In this document: positions 10,429 through 20,112 of the stretch, one piece after another
Layout: each line of letters begins with the position of its first letter
Position numbering within the stretch: position 1 is the first letter of the stretch
NCBI GenBank assembly: GCA_963758915.1
Contig: CAVWXH010000003.1
Location: forward strand, 288,001 to 352,000
Direction of reading: 5' to 3'
DNA length: 64,000 nt
Source: an uncultured Methanomicrobiales archaeon
Lineage (GTDB): Archaea; Halobacteriota; Methanomicrobia; Methanomicrobiales; Methanospirillaceae
Program-made: the position numbers and the translations under genes
Notes under the pieces: generated by a model
Told to the model about the DNA's origin: nothing
The model's input: the letters and a program-made list of their open reading frames with translations, nothing else
The model's database searches: none

Positions 10429-10779
10429 CTCGGTCAACCTGGCCTCCGTCGGCGGACAGAGGTCTTTCAAAAAGATAGAACGATGTGGAACCATATCTAA
10501 TCTCCCTTGTCCCACGAACCCATTAAATCCCAGAAATTAACCTTTATTTCTGATTTAGTCTCATTTTAGAGCATCCCGATCTATTACCCTGGTACCTGGC
10601 GGGTACTGGTAATGACATGGACAGAGGTAACATAAGGCCATCTCGAGCCTGAAACAATAATGCCAGACATTAGCGTGACTGTACTATCATTTTAAGGCAT
10701 ATGAGAGTATATATCTCAATATAAGCAATCCGGGCACCCCCGATCGGGGAATACAACCCGCAATGATGAGGTTAAAACC

Positions 10780-11709
10780 ATGAGAAAGATCCTAATTGCC
10801 GGAATACTGATCGTCCTGCTCTTTGTAGGTACCGCCGCTGCCGTGAGCGTGAATTATGCTCAAACCCAGGTAATTCCCTTAAGTGCTGCCAGGGATAATG
10901 CTAACTCCGCACTATTATCATACGTGGCACAGGGCAAGCTGGGTTCCTCGGCTGCCTTATGGAAAGGGGCATCACTGTCACAGGCACCGATAATTATCTA
11001 CGATCAGTCCGGAGTTGTTTACTCCTACCTGTATGATGTGATAAACAAAGACGGAAAAATTGTAGGACAGGTCAATGCTGCAGGGAATAAGCTGGCTGGT
11101 GAGCCCGTTATCAGCATAGGGAAGTCACCCCGTTCGTTTGACTCCGATCAGGTAATCCTGAAAGTCCGCGGGCTTGCTGAAAAAGAGTATGTTGATTCAC
11201 AAATCGATAACGTGGTGTTCATCATGGGCCAGGACAGGAAGATCGGTATAATGGTGATACTCACCGAACAGAACGGGCTGACCCGCCGCCTTGCGTATGA
11301 CCTTGAGACATTCCAGCTCCGATCGGAACGGATCTCCAATCACGGACTTATCGATGCAGCGACCCCGGCCTCATTATTCGTCTCAATGAGTAGTTCCGCC
11401 GCAACCCGCGCAATTCAGAACTACGACAGCAAAATAAAGGCAATTGCCCGTGTTGTTCCCGTAATGCGACGCGTGGTCCCGGCAGGTTACCTGAACACGA
11501 CGATCAAAAAAGTTCCGGCAGTTTCTGCTGTGAAATCGGTTGAAAAGGGAACTGTTCTGTCGGAGAATAAACAGGCATTACTGCAACACCAATACATCCC
11601 CACCACCTATACGGCAACCAGGACCGTAATTATCCCGAGCGTGAAGACCCCTGTGCCCTTATCCACCTTCGGGCAGTCACTTCCGGCATCCAGGTTTAAC
11701 CCGGTATAA
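10780..11709 (+). CDS. Secreted hypothetical protein
   Basis: Signal peptide (AAA cleavage site), SD-like GAGG; no catalytic motif recognised. Confidence 0.75.
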   Translation: MRKILIAGILIVLLFVGTAAAVSVNYAQTQVIPLSAARDNANSALLSYVAQGKLGSSAALWKGASLSQAPIIIYDQSGVVYSYLYDVINKDGKIVGQVNAAGNKLAGEPVISIGKSPRSFDSDQVILKVRGLAEKEYVDSQIDNVVFIMGQDRKIGIMVILTEQNGLTRRLAYDLETFQLRSERISNHGLIDAATPASLFVSMSSSAATRAIQNYDSKIKAIARVVPVMRRVVPAGYLNTTIKKVPAVSAVKSVEKGTVLSENKQALLQHQYIPTTYTATRTVIIPSVKTPVPLSTFGQSLPASRFNPV

Positions 11710-11862
11710 TCCCGGGTAGAATATTTTTTCCCCATTCGTTCTGTTCAGTGAGTGGGATATTAGTGTAGCACCATGGGTTCAGACAGCAGTATTCCGGAAA
11801 CTAAATGATTAATTGGCATTCCGGCTCTTTAGTAATCCTCTAACCGAATTTACAGAATAGTG

Positions 11863-12281
11863 CGCTCTGTAGAAACAGACATGAACGGGACGGTCATACC
11901 CGGACGATTTGAAAATGCTACGTTCAAAATCTCTTCATATTGCTGGCCTTTCAGGCATTTCCAATGAAAATCCCATGGACAATTTCATTCTGTATGCTTG
12001 TGGCCTTCTGGCATCATACCTGTTTTCATGGGAAATCCTCTCAATCTATCTTGCAGATTGGTAATTCCAAAATTTCGTCACGCTCCCGGGACTCATGGCC
12101 CGCCGCTTTGTCGACCCCGGTTGGGATAGAGACGATTTCCCACAATACTCTGAATTTAATCAGCCTTCGCCGAAACCCTGTCCAAGAATAGCTAAATGGG
12201 GGTGGGCCAGGGAGGAGGTGATACACTTTCCTGTCTCTTTCAGCTCCCTGTTTTGACGGTACGCAGGGAATCGACGAAGCA
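11863..12281 (+). mobile_element. MITE-like dispersed repeat, long copy A
   Basis: Begins CGCTCTGTAGAAA; extensive identity to the reverse complement of 60318-60772 and, in its 3' part, to 35508-35770 and 46079-46344. Confidence 0.8.
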
Positions 12282-12299
12282 AAAAAATAATTCCAGGGG

Positions 12300-13071
12300 T
12301 TATATTCTCTTGGTAACTGCCAGGAACAGGAGCGAAAGCCCTGCAACCAGGGCAATAAGCCCTATGACGTACACCACCCACCTCGGGACCTTCCCCAATA
12401 GTGACGAAGGCGGGGCTGTTGCACCCTCTACCTGATAATCAGGCGGAATATCAGAAGTTACTGAAAACACAACAGGTGTTTCCTCGAGCTGTCTGCAGGG
12501 GCGTGATGGCGTTTGTCACAACATCTGCAGTTACGGTAACAGCAGGTGTTGCAGTGGTCACCACGGCAGTTGAAGGGCTTGTCACCGATATTCCACCCGG
12601 CTTTACGACCAGTTGCGCAGTTGGCGTATCCGGGTTGATATACCCTCCATGGTCATCATCGATCCTGACATTCTGTATTTTCACATTTGAAGTACCGGCT
12701 GCTACCGCTTCCACGGTTATCTTCACGAGCGTCGTCCCGCTTGCCCCGTCCGAGATTGCTTTGCCAAGGTCCACGGCACTTACCGTTACACGCCCGGCAG
12801 GGAGACTGCTGGTTTTACCAAGCTTTGCCCATGTAGGAAATGAAACACCTGTGATATTACCTACCGAGGGGTTGGTCAGCTGGAAGTCCAGCTGGTAACC
12901 CGACAGCCCGGCAGGGAGCGTGTTAATACTCAGTTCATATGTCACGGTTGAACCAGGCAGCAGGGTTACACCTGGCGGACTCAGGGTGAGGGTTGTCCCT
13001 TGTGACGCACTGACTGTACCGGACGCAGCGATCACCAGGGCCATTACAAGAAACAGCAGGAGGGTTTTCAT
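12300..13071 (-). CDS. Cohesin-domain surface protein; the C-terminal TM anchor lies in a shifted frame (1-nt frameshift near 12490)
   Basis: Signal peptide + 'LPAGLSGY...FPTWA...VTVSAVDL' cohesin-like domain + Thr linker; the other frame continues LEETPVVF...RWVVYVIGLIALVAGLSLLFLAVTKRI* to 12300. Confidence 0.75.
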
Positions 13072-13302
13072 GGTATCACACAGATGTACCTGGTCTTCCT
13101 TGGGAAGTCATCACTTCGGGGAATGCAGGAACAACCTTAATCAGATTGGTGGTGCCTGCATTGATAAAAATATCGATGGGAAACAGGCATTCTTGTCTGG
13201 TCTTAATGAATTATTTCCATATTTATTTGATATATCTGAATATTCTGATATTTCGGATAATCTTATATTAGTATGACACCAACCATAAGAACGGAGTAAT
13301 GA

Positions 13303-13590
13303 ATGAAGAAAAAGGATCCAGTGGACTATGGCTGCAGAGAAAAATATGCAGATTCCTGCAGGATCGAGGCAATTCTGACTGTCGATGAACGGGGACAGAT
13401 CGTTATCCCGAAGGAGGTACGGGAAACGGCACGGATGGGGGCCGGGGACAGGCTGGCACTTGTCAGCTGCATGAAAGATGGAGATGTCTGTTGTGTAATG
13501 CTCATCCACGCTGACCAGCTGACCAACATGGTCAGGAGCGCTCTCTCGCCCGTAATGAAAGATATTATCGGGGATTTCGGGGAGGCCTGA
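13303..13590 (+). CDS. hgcC: AbrB/SpoVT-like HgcAB-associated protein
   Basis: TVDERGQIVIPKEVRE..GAGDRL AbrB motif with extra Cys (CC); 3 nt upstream of hgcA. Confidence 0.8.
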   Translation: MKKKDPVDYGCREKYADSCRIEAILTVDERGQIVIPKEVRETARMGAGDRLALVSCMKDGDVCCVMLIHADQLTNMVRSALSPVMKDIIGDFGEA

Positions 13591-13593
13591 CTC

Positions 13594-14787
13594 ATGCCAG
13601 GTAATGATCCGCTACTACCTGGAAAAGGTACCAGTTCCTGCGGTTGCGGGCCGGGCGCATGTTGTCCGGCCACAACCAACCCTGAAGTGGCTCCAGGTGC
13701 CCCCGACACGGATGAGAGTCCATCATGTGGATGTTCCTGCAATAGTAATGGAAATGAGTTAAAAAGCGAAATCCAGGATCAGGATAACCCGGATGTATCC
13801 AGACCCCCGGTTATTACCCCTGTATCCAGTACGCTGACATCCAGGGATACCCGGGGACATGTTCTTGCGAGGCTCGGCCAGGACCGTTCAGGCCACCGTG
13901 TGCCTCCAGGGCTCTACTCAGTCGGTTCTCCCGGCCCCGGGTCCCCCGTAATTGTGACGGCAAACTATACCCTTAGTTTTGACGCGGTACGGGCATCGCT
14001 TGGCGACCTGGACACCTATATCCTCGTGCTGGATACGAAAGGGATCAATGTCTGGTGTGCTGCAGGGAAGGGAACGTTCGGAACAGAAGAACTGGTAACC
14101 CGGATCCACAAAACAGGCCTTTCCTCGGTTGTAAACCACCACCGCCTAATCCTCCCGCAACTCGGTGCCCCGGGTGTTGCCGCCCACGAGGTCCACAAGG
14201 CAACCGGGTTCCATGTCGAATATGGCCCTGTTCGGGCAGCCGATCTCCCTGAGTTCCTCAGAGAGAGAGTTGCAACCCCTGAAATGCGGAAAGTGAAGTT
14301 TGACCTTCGGGACAGGATCGTCCTTATACCTGTTGAACTTCGGAGTGCTGCCCTTTATGCGATAATTGCAGCAATTGCCTTGTGGTTCGCCGGAGGATGG
14401 CTGCCTGCAATGGGTTTTCTCGCTGCAGTCCTTGCAGGGACGGTGGTTTTTCCGGTACTGCTCCCTTATCTTCCTACTGCAGACTTCAGCACAAAAGGGC
14501 TGGCCCTCGGAATTATCGTTGCAACCCCTTTTGCCGCACTGGCCTTCCTTACCAGCCAGGGAACACCCCTGTGGGTTGGTGTTACCGCAGTAATTTCGAT
14601 ACTCTTTACACTACCAATAATAACGGCCTATCTTGCCCTGAATTTTACCGGTTGTACCCCCTACACTTCCAGGACAGGGGTAAAACGGGAAATTTACCTA
14701 TATATACCATACATGGCAGGGTTTGCAGCCATAGGGGCTGCCTGTGCAATGTTGCTTGGATTAACAAAACTCCTTGAGATGTGGTGA
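13594..14787 (+). CDS. hgcA: Mercury methylation corrinoid protein
   Basis: TANYTLSFD, cap-helix NVWCAAGKGTFG, LPQLGAPGV, GPVRA; C-terminal TM domain ending NFTGCTPYTSRTGVKRE. Confidence 0.96.
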   Translation: MPGNDPLLPGKGTSSCGCGPGACCPATTNPEVAPGAPDTDESPSCGCSCNSNGNELKSEIQDQDNPDVSRPPVITPVSSTLTSRDTRGHVLARLGQDRSGHRVPPGLYSVGSPGPGSPVIVTANYTLSFDAVRASLGDLDTYILVLDTKGINVWCAAGKGTFGTEELVTRIHKTGLSSVVNHHRLILPQLGAPGVAAHEVHKATGFHVEYGPVRAADLPEFLRERVATPEMRKVKFDLRDRIVLIPVELRSAALYAIIAAIALWFAGGWLPAMGFLAAVLAGTVVFPVLLPYLPTADFSTKGLALGIIVATPFAALAFLTSQGTPLWVGVTAVISILFTLPIITAYLALNFTGCTPYTSRTGVKREIYLYIPYMAGFAAIGAACAMLLGLTKLLEMW

Positions 14788-14794
14788 CATGATG

Positions 14795-15148
14795 ATGTTT
14801 AATTCGTATACCAACAACACGCTCCTGTTTTATCCGGATAAATGCATCGGGTGTGAACGGTGTTCCGAAGTCTGCCCACACAGCGTGTTTTCAGTCCACG
14901 GTGAGCGGGCATCCCTCCAGCGACCGGAACGCTGCATGGAATGCGGGGCCTGCCAGAGAAACTGCCCGACAGGTGCAATCACCGTTGAGAGCGGGGTCGG
15001 TTGCGCCTATGCCATGATCTATGCAGCCCTTACCGGGAGAAAAGAGGTCACCTGCGGAGATGATGGGTGTTGTGGGGGTACCGGAGAGCGGGAAGGTAAT
15101 TGTAACTGCCTGGATTCCCCGGGGCCCGGGACTGGAACAGAGAAATAA
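14795..15148 (+). CDS. hgcB: Mercury methylation 2[4Fe-4S] ferredoxin
   Basis: CIGCERCSEVCPH and CMECGACQRNCP, GVGCA, C-terminal CC; directly after hgcA (ATG run 14789-14797). Confidence 0.95.
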   Translation: MFNSYTNNTLLFYPDKCIGCERCSEVCPHSVFSVHGERASLQRPERCMECGACQRNCPTGAITVESGVGCAYAMIYAALTGRKEVTCGDDGCCGGTGEREGNCNCLDSPGPGTGTEK

Positions 15149-15280
15149 TTAACCGGCGGGTATTAAAAACTCCAGTCAAACATCTGAATACCACCCTTTT
15201 TCCTTACCATATATGAGCCTGCAGTCACATATCTCACAAATCCGGCCTAAAAAATGGTGGGAGACCAATAGTCCAATGTT

Positions 15281-15727
15281 CTACCGTAATTTTACCTTCT
15301 GAAGTTCAGGCAGGACCTTTTTTATTGTCCCGCTCGTGCCCGGCCTGATAAAGATCAGGTGATTCCCGACAACGACCAGGTCCTCAACGGGCTTACCTTT
15401 TCCAACGGACTGCGCATTGTGGAGCAGGATGGCTGCATCCCTTGATCCGGCGCTATCGAATGACTGGGTCTGAATGGTAATCAGATTCCCGTTTTCATCT
15501 GATATGGTGTAGATTTTCCCACCAGTTGCACCGGGAAGTGGCAATGTGGAGTCAACAGCACTTACTACGGTTATCCCGGAGTTTTCCAGCGCTTCCCGCA
15601 GCGGTTCCCCGGCTACGATGTGATATGGTTCAGGGGTTGATACAACCATTATCCAGCCAACCGGAAGCAGGATTATCAATATGAGAATGAGCATAACTGC
15701 CCATGCTGAATTATCGACTTCGTTCAT
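15281..15727 (-). CDS. Membrane-anchored hypothetical protein, third gene of the decarboxylase operon
   Basis: N-terminal TM, SD AGGAGG, co-oriented 47 nt after the antiporter. Confidence 0.75.
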   Translation of the reverse strand: MNEVDNSAWAVMLILILIILLPVGWIMVVSTPEPYHIVAGEPLREALENSGITVVSAVDSTLPLPGATGGKIYTISDENGNLITIQTQSFDSAGSRDAAILLHNAQSVGKGKPVEDLVVVGNHLIFIRPGTSGTIKKVLPELQKVKLR

Positions 15728-15774
15728 ATACTACCTCCTTTTTGATTAGCAGAACGAAATAACATCATTTCAAC

Positions 15775-17223
15775 TCACCCCTCCTTGTTGCCGGTCTCGA
15801 TCCAGCTGGGTTTCTTCAGTTTCAGGAAGATCAGCGGAGGAACAGCAAGCAGGAATGTGCCAATCAATATTCCCACAACATAGGAGACAGTCTGGCCCGC
15901 AGTGAAGGAACCCCCCGTAGGCATGAGCCCTACGATAAAGGCGAAAATCACGCCGAATGCACCCATGCCACCGATCAGCCAGATACCGGGTATTCCACCG
16001 GGGATCTTAAACGGTCGCGGGGCGTCAGGCCTGCTGTACCTGAGTTTGATCAGTGATGCAAACACAAGCAGGTACACGATACAGAGGAGTTCTACCGTCA
16101 TTGCCGAGAGGACCCAGTATGCCTGGTTAATCGACGGCAGGAATATGTAGAGCAGGGAGACAAACGTCCCGATCAGTGCCTGGATAAACAGCACCGCAAC
16201 GGGTGAACCGTACTTGTTTGTACGGTTGAAAATGGGTGGCATGTTCCCTTCCTGTGCCACCACCCCGAGCCCGAGCGCCGGTCCAATCAGCCACGCCGCA
16301 AGAGAGACAACTCCCCCGATCGTGATGAGGATCGCCATCGGGGCGACAGCCCCGGGTATACCGAGTGCGTCGAAGAAGTACTGGATTGCCTGCATGACGC
16401 CTGCTGACAGGCTGAGTTCGTTAGCAGGAATGACAAAGGCGATGGCCAGCGTTGCCATGACCGTGCAGAAGAATATGATAACTGCCGATATTGCCATTGC
16501 CTTCGGAAAATCTGTGTTGGGGTTCCGGACCTCGAGTGCATGGAATCCCGCCATTTCCATACCGGCAAAGAGGAGAATAACGGTTGCGAAGAATGGCAGG
16601 GTTGAGAGGTCAAAGGTCGGTACTACCTGTGCCCAGGTGAACGGGGGAAGTACGATCGCTGAACCCGAGGTGATCCAGTATACTCCAAGCCCGATGATCA
16701 GGATGGAGGGTATTATGCTGCCAAGTATCACACCGACGTTCTGGAACTTAGAGGATACATTCTCCCCGAAGTAGGCAATTGCCGTCGTGCCCCAGAATGC
16801 AATCATCATCACGACAAACAGGTAGACCGCGTTAGTCCCAAGGGCGGGTGAAATGGCGAACGCGAGGGTTGATGCGATGAATGCAAGAACAGTCGGGAAC
16901 CAGACAAGGTTATTTGACCATTCGCAGAAGACTGCCACAAAGCCCCCTTTGGTGCCGAATGCCTCCTTGCACCATGCATACACACCCCCTCCTTTATCGG
17001 AAAGCATCGTTGCCAGTTCTGCTCCCGCCAGAGAGAGCGGGATCAGGAACAGGATAGTCCCGATAATATACCACCCTATGGATGACCACCCGAACTCGGC
17101 CATTGACGGGAAATTCCGGATAGACAGCACCGCAGCGACGTTAATCATCGCCAGTGCAAAAATGCCCAGCACCTTCTTCGGCGCGAGGCCGGGTTTCTGG
17201 GCCGTAGTGGCATCTTCGCCCAT
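15775..17223 (-). CDS. APC-family amino acid/amine antiporter (GadC-like)
   Basis: About 12 TM; SIRNFP, GGVYAW, FAGME, RPFKIPGG; abuts the decarboxylase stop. Confidence 0.9.
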   Translation of the reverse strand: MGEDATTAQKPGLAPKKVLGIFALAMINVAAVLSIRNFPSMAEFGWSSIGWYIIGTILFLIPLSLAGAELATMLSDKGGGVYAWCKEAFGTKGGFVAVFCEWSNNLVWFPTVLAFIASTLAFAISPALGTNAVYLFVVMMIAFWGTTAIAYFGENVSSKFQNVGVILGSIIPSILIIGLGVYWITSGSAIVLPPFTWAQVVPTFDLSTLPFFATVILLFAGMEMAGFHALEVRNPNTDFPKAMAISAVIIFFCTVMATLAIAFVIPANELSLSAGVMQAIQYFFDALGIPGAVAPMAILITIGGVVSLAAWLIGPALGLGVVAQEGNMPPIFNRTNKYGSPVAVLFIQALIGTFVSLLYIFLPSINQAYWVLSAMTVELLCIVYLLVFASLIKLRYSRPDAPRPFKIPGGIPGIWLIGGMGAFGVIFAFIVGLMPTGGSFTAGQTVSYVVGILIGTFLLAVPPLIFLKLKKPSWIETGNKEG

Positions 17224-19530
17224 TTACCGTCCCTCCCTGATACAATACATCATATATTCGCCTTTGATAATTTCAACCCCGTGCGTATCATGTTCGAAGC
17301 CGGGGAACTGCGTATCGAAGTCCTGCATGGATTTCAGGTACTGGAGCAGGGGCTCGTTTAGTTTCCCGGTCCGTTCCCCGGGGGCCAGGAGCGGGATACC
17401 AGGCGGGTACGGAACAATGCCGGTCGCCACAATCCGGTTACCCGCCTTTGAGACCGGGACCTGTTCCACATCCCCTCTAACAAGGTTCTTAAACGCATCG
17501 GCATAGCTGACGCCCGGTTCCGGGAGAATGGAGAATGCTTCCTGCAGCAGCTCACACATCCTGTGTTCCTTCTTGAATGTGTGCATCTCATCGGTCAGAC
17601 TGGTTAGGGTCATCCCCCCGTACCGATCCGGATAGGCACCCGTAAGATCGGGGAAAATCTCTTCTAACGGGGTTTTTTCATCATAATGACGTTTGAACTC
17701 GAAGAGCTCGGTGATCAGCGTCCCCCATTTACCCTTCGTGATACCCATCGAGAAGAGGAACAGGATAATGTAGTCACCTGATTTTTCGTTGACGATCCCC
17801 CTGGTATCAAGGAATTTGACTACCACCGCAGCCGGGATCCCCCATGTATCCAGGGACCCGTCATCATGTACCCCGGGCATCGTCACGGTAACCTTGATGG
17901 GATCGAGCATGCAGTAATCATCGGGTAGTCCCCCGAAACCATGCCATTTCTCACCAGGGTGCAATACCCAGGCAGACGGGTTGTCGCGCAGTACCTCAAT
18001 TGATGCATCCGCAAACGTGATTTTCTTTTTAGTTTTTGGATCGGTGACAGTATCGGGCTGCCATATCCCGAACCACCAGTCTTTGGATTTTTTACCCCCG
18101 CTGACTTCCTCATGGATCCGTGCCATGGTCCGCCGGAACCTGATTGCTTCTTCAATAGATTCCGTGGTGAGGACCCGCCCGGCCGCTCCGTCCATCATCT
18201 TTGTTGAGACATCCAGTGATGCCATGATGGTATACAGCGGTGAGGTGGAGCTGTGCATCATGAAACCTTCATTAAACCTGGAGTGCTCTATCGGGATCCT
18301 CCCGTTCCTGACATGGACCATGGACGCCTGAGAAAGAGCTGCCAGTAGTTTATGGGTCGACTGCGTAGCAAAGACGGTCGGTCCCTTCGGATTTTTCGCC
18401 CCATCCCGCATGGCGAACCGTTCACGGTAGAGCGGGTTGAACCTGGCATACCCGTACCAGGCCTCGTCGAAATGAATGCTGTCCACGCTCTTCCCAAGAA
18501 GTTCCTCAACCTGGGTTGCATGGTAGCAGAGACCGTCATAGGTTGAATTGGTGATAATCGCGTGAACCGGTTTTTTGTTCCCGATGCCTTTCGTCGTCGG
18601 GCATGCATCGATCTTCGATTTGATCATCCCGGGAGTCATCTCACCGGGGGGGATCGGCCCGATGATCCCGTAGCGGTTCCGGCTGGGTATCATGAAAACC
18701 GCAACAGAATGAGTCATCGTGAGGGCGTGCTCTGCTGACTTGTGACAGTTACGGTCGACCAGGACGACATCATCCTTTGTCACACGGCCAAAGAATACGA
18801 TCTTGTTGGCCGTGGAGGTACCGTTTGTCACGAAATAGGTCATATCAGCGCCGAAAACTTTCGCCGCATACCGCTCGGCCTCACCAAGCGGCCCCGAATG
18901 ATCAAGCAGGGACCCAAGTTCACCGACCGATATCGAGAGGTCTGACCTGAAGAGCTGTTCCCCGAAGAACTTGTAGAACATCCGTCCTGCAGGGGACTTG
19001 CGGAAAGCCGTACCTCCTGCATGCCCGGGTGTATGCCATGAGTACTCAAAATCCTTTGAGAACTTGACGAGTGCACCGAAAAAAGGGGGATAAAGGCTCT
19101 CCTTGTACCGGTTTGCCGCTGCAATAATGCGGCCCGCAATAAATTCCGGGGTATCGTCCATGATATAGATATACTCATTGACCTCCCTGATCGTATCGAC
19201 CGTCAGTGCACCTGGCGCCTCACCTGTGGGCTCTGCCATCAGGAAGATAGGAATATCTTCGTTACGCTGCCTGATCTCGTGGATCAGTTGCTTTGCATCG
19301 GCATTATGTTTCGATCCGGTACCCCCGAGAGTCCAGCTGATCATGATACAGTCGGCTTCCGGAAGGTTTGCATACGCCGACCTCGCATCCTCAAGCGACG
19401 CAATTGAAGCGACCAGGATATCGAACTCATGAAGTCCATCCACAATCCTTTTTATTGTACGGCCATGGGGCGTATCTTTACCGATAGCATCGTCCGCGAT
19501 GACGACGACAAGCTTTTCTTCAGGGTTCAT
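17224..19530 (-). CDS. Orn/Lys/Arg decarboxylase (AdiA/CadA/LdcC type with wing domain)
   Basis: WHTPGH, TNGTSTAN, DRNCHKS, HFDEAW, PLP-Lys STHKLL, PYPPGIP; REC-like N-terminal wing. Confidence 0.93.
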   Translation of the reverse strand: MNPEEKLVVVIADDAIGKDTPHGRTIKRIVDGLHEFDILVASIASLEDARSAYANLPEADCIMISWTLGGTGSKHNADAKQLIHEIRQRNEDIPIFLMAEPTGEAPGALTVDTIREVNEYIYIMDDTPEFIAGRIIAAANRYKESLYPPFFGALVKFSKDFEYSWHTPGHAGGTAFRKSPAGRMFYKFFGEQLFRSDLSISVGELGSLLDHSGPLGEAERYAAKVFGADMTYFVTNGTSTANKIVFFGRVTKDDVVLVDRNCHKSAEHALTMTHSVAVFMIPSRNRYGIIGPIPPGEMTPGMIKSKIDACPTTKGIGNKKPVHAIITNSTYDGLCYHATQVEELLGKSVDSIHFDEAWYGYARFNPLYRERFAMRDGAKNPKGPTVFATQSTHKLLAALSQASMVHVRNGRIPIEHSRFNEGFMMHSSTSPLYTIMASLDVSTKMMDGAAGRVLTTESIEEAIRFRRTMARIHEEVSGGKKSKDWWFGIWQPDTVTDPKTKKKITFADASIEVLRDNPSAWVLHPGEKWHGFGGLPDDYCMLDPIKVTVTMPGVHDDGSLDTWGIPAAVVVKFLDTRGIVNEKSGDYIILFLFSMGITKGKWGTLITELFEFKRHYDEKTPLEEIFPDLTGAYPDRYGGMTLTSLTDEMHTFKKEHRMCELLQEAFSILPEPGVSYADAFKNLVRGDVEQVPVSKAGNRIVATGIVPYPPGIPLLAPGERTGKLNEPLLQYLKSMQDFDTQFPGFEHDTHGVEIIKGEYMMYCIREGR

Positions 19531-20112
19531 TATTCTCTCCTGTGAAGAATTAAGTTCGTTATAACCAGCTTACGTCCGTTCATGGCATGAAAAACAGGTC
19601 CTTTTTCTTTCAATTTCTTTCCTCCAGACTAATATCAGACGACCCAGTCAGCTGCAACATGGTTGAATGTCCCTGGCAGTTGCGGGTACAGACACCTCAT
19701 ATGAATGAGCAGGAATGCCCCCCGGATGCGGACACCGTTAGCACGATTTCAAGGTACTACGCGTTGGACGTGTTGTATGATATTATTTAAATTTTATGGT
19801 TTTTCCAGCCCTCTTGAAACACACATGAAGGACAACCATAGTGGATGAAGACCGCTAATCCCGCAACCTGATTTACGAATGATCATAGTTGCAGACAGAA
19901 CCATTCCACTTCCAGGTGAACGGCATGAAACCATTCTCTATTGTGATTCTTTCGGTTTTCCCCGGGTCCGTGGGACCTGGGCAGCGATGGCAGCGCTCGT
20001 GAATGCCAGAGGTGCTATCCGGTGAGGCCATCCCCTGTCGATCTTCGTTGGTTTGGTACAAGCAGAATACATATGAACAACGAGGGACAATTGAGCTCCT
20101 GACAGTTTTCCC

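Noticed and set aside
11940-12381. ORFs of 73-104 aa here, with similar ones at 35561-35916, 45948-46508 and 60298-60793
   Set aside because: They are translations of the non-coding MITE copies; frames and stops are not conserved between copies
19587-20061. Short ORFs upstream of the decarboxylase
   Set aside because: No motifs or convincing translation signals
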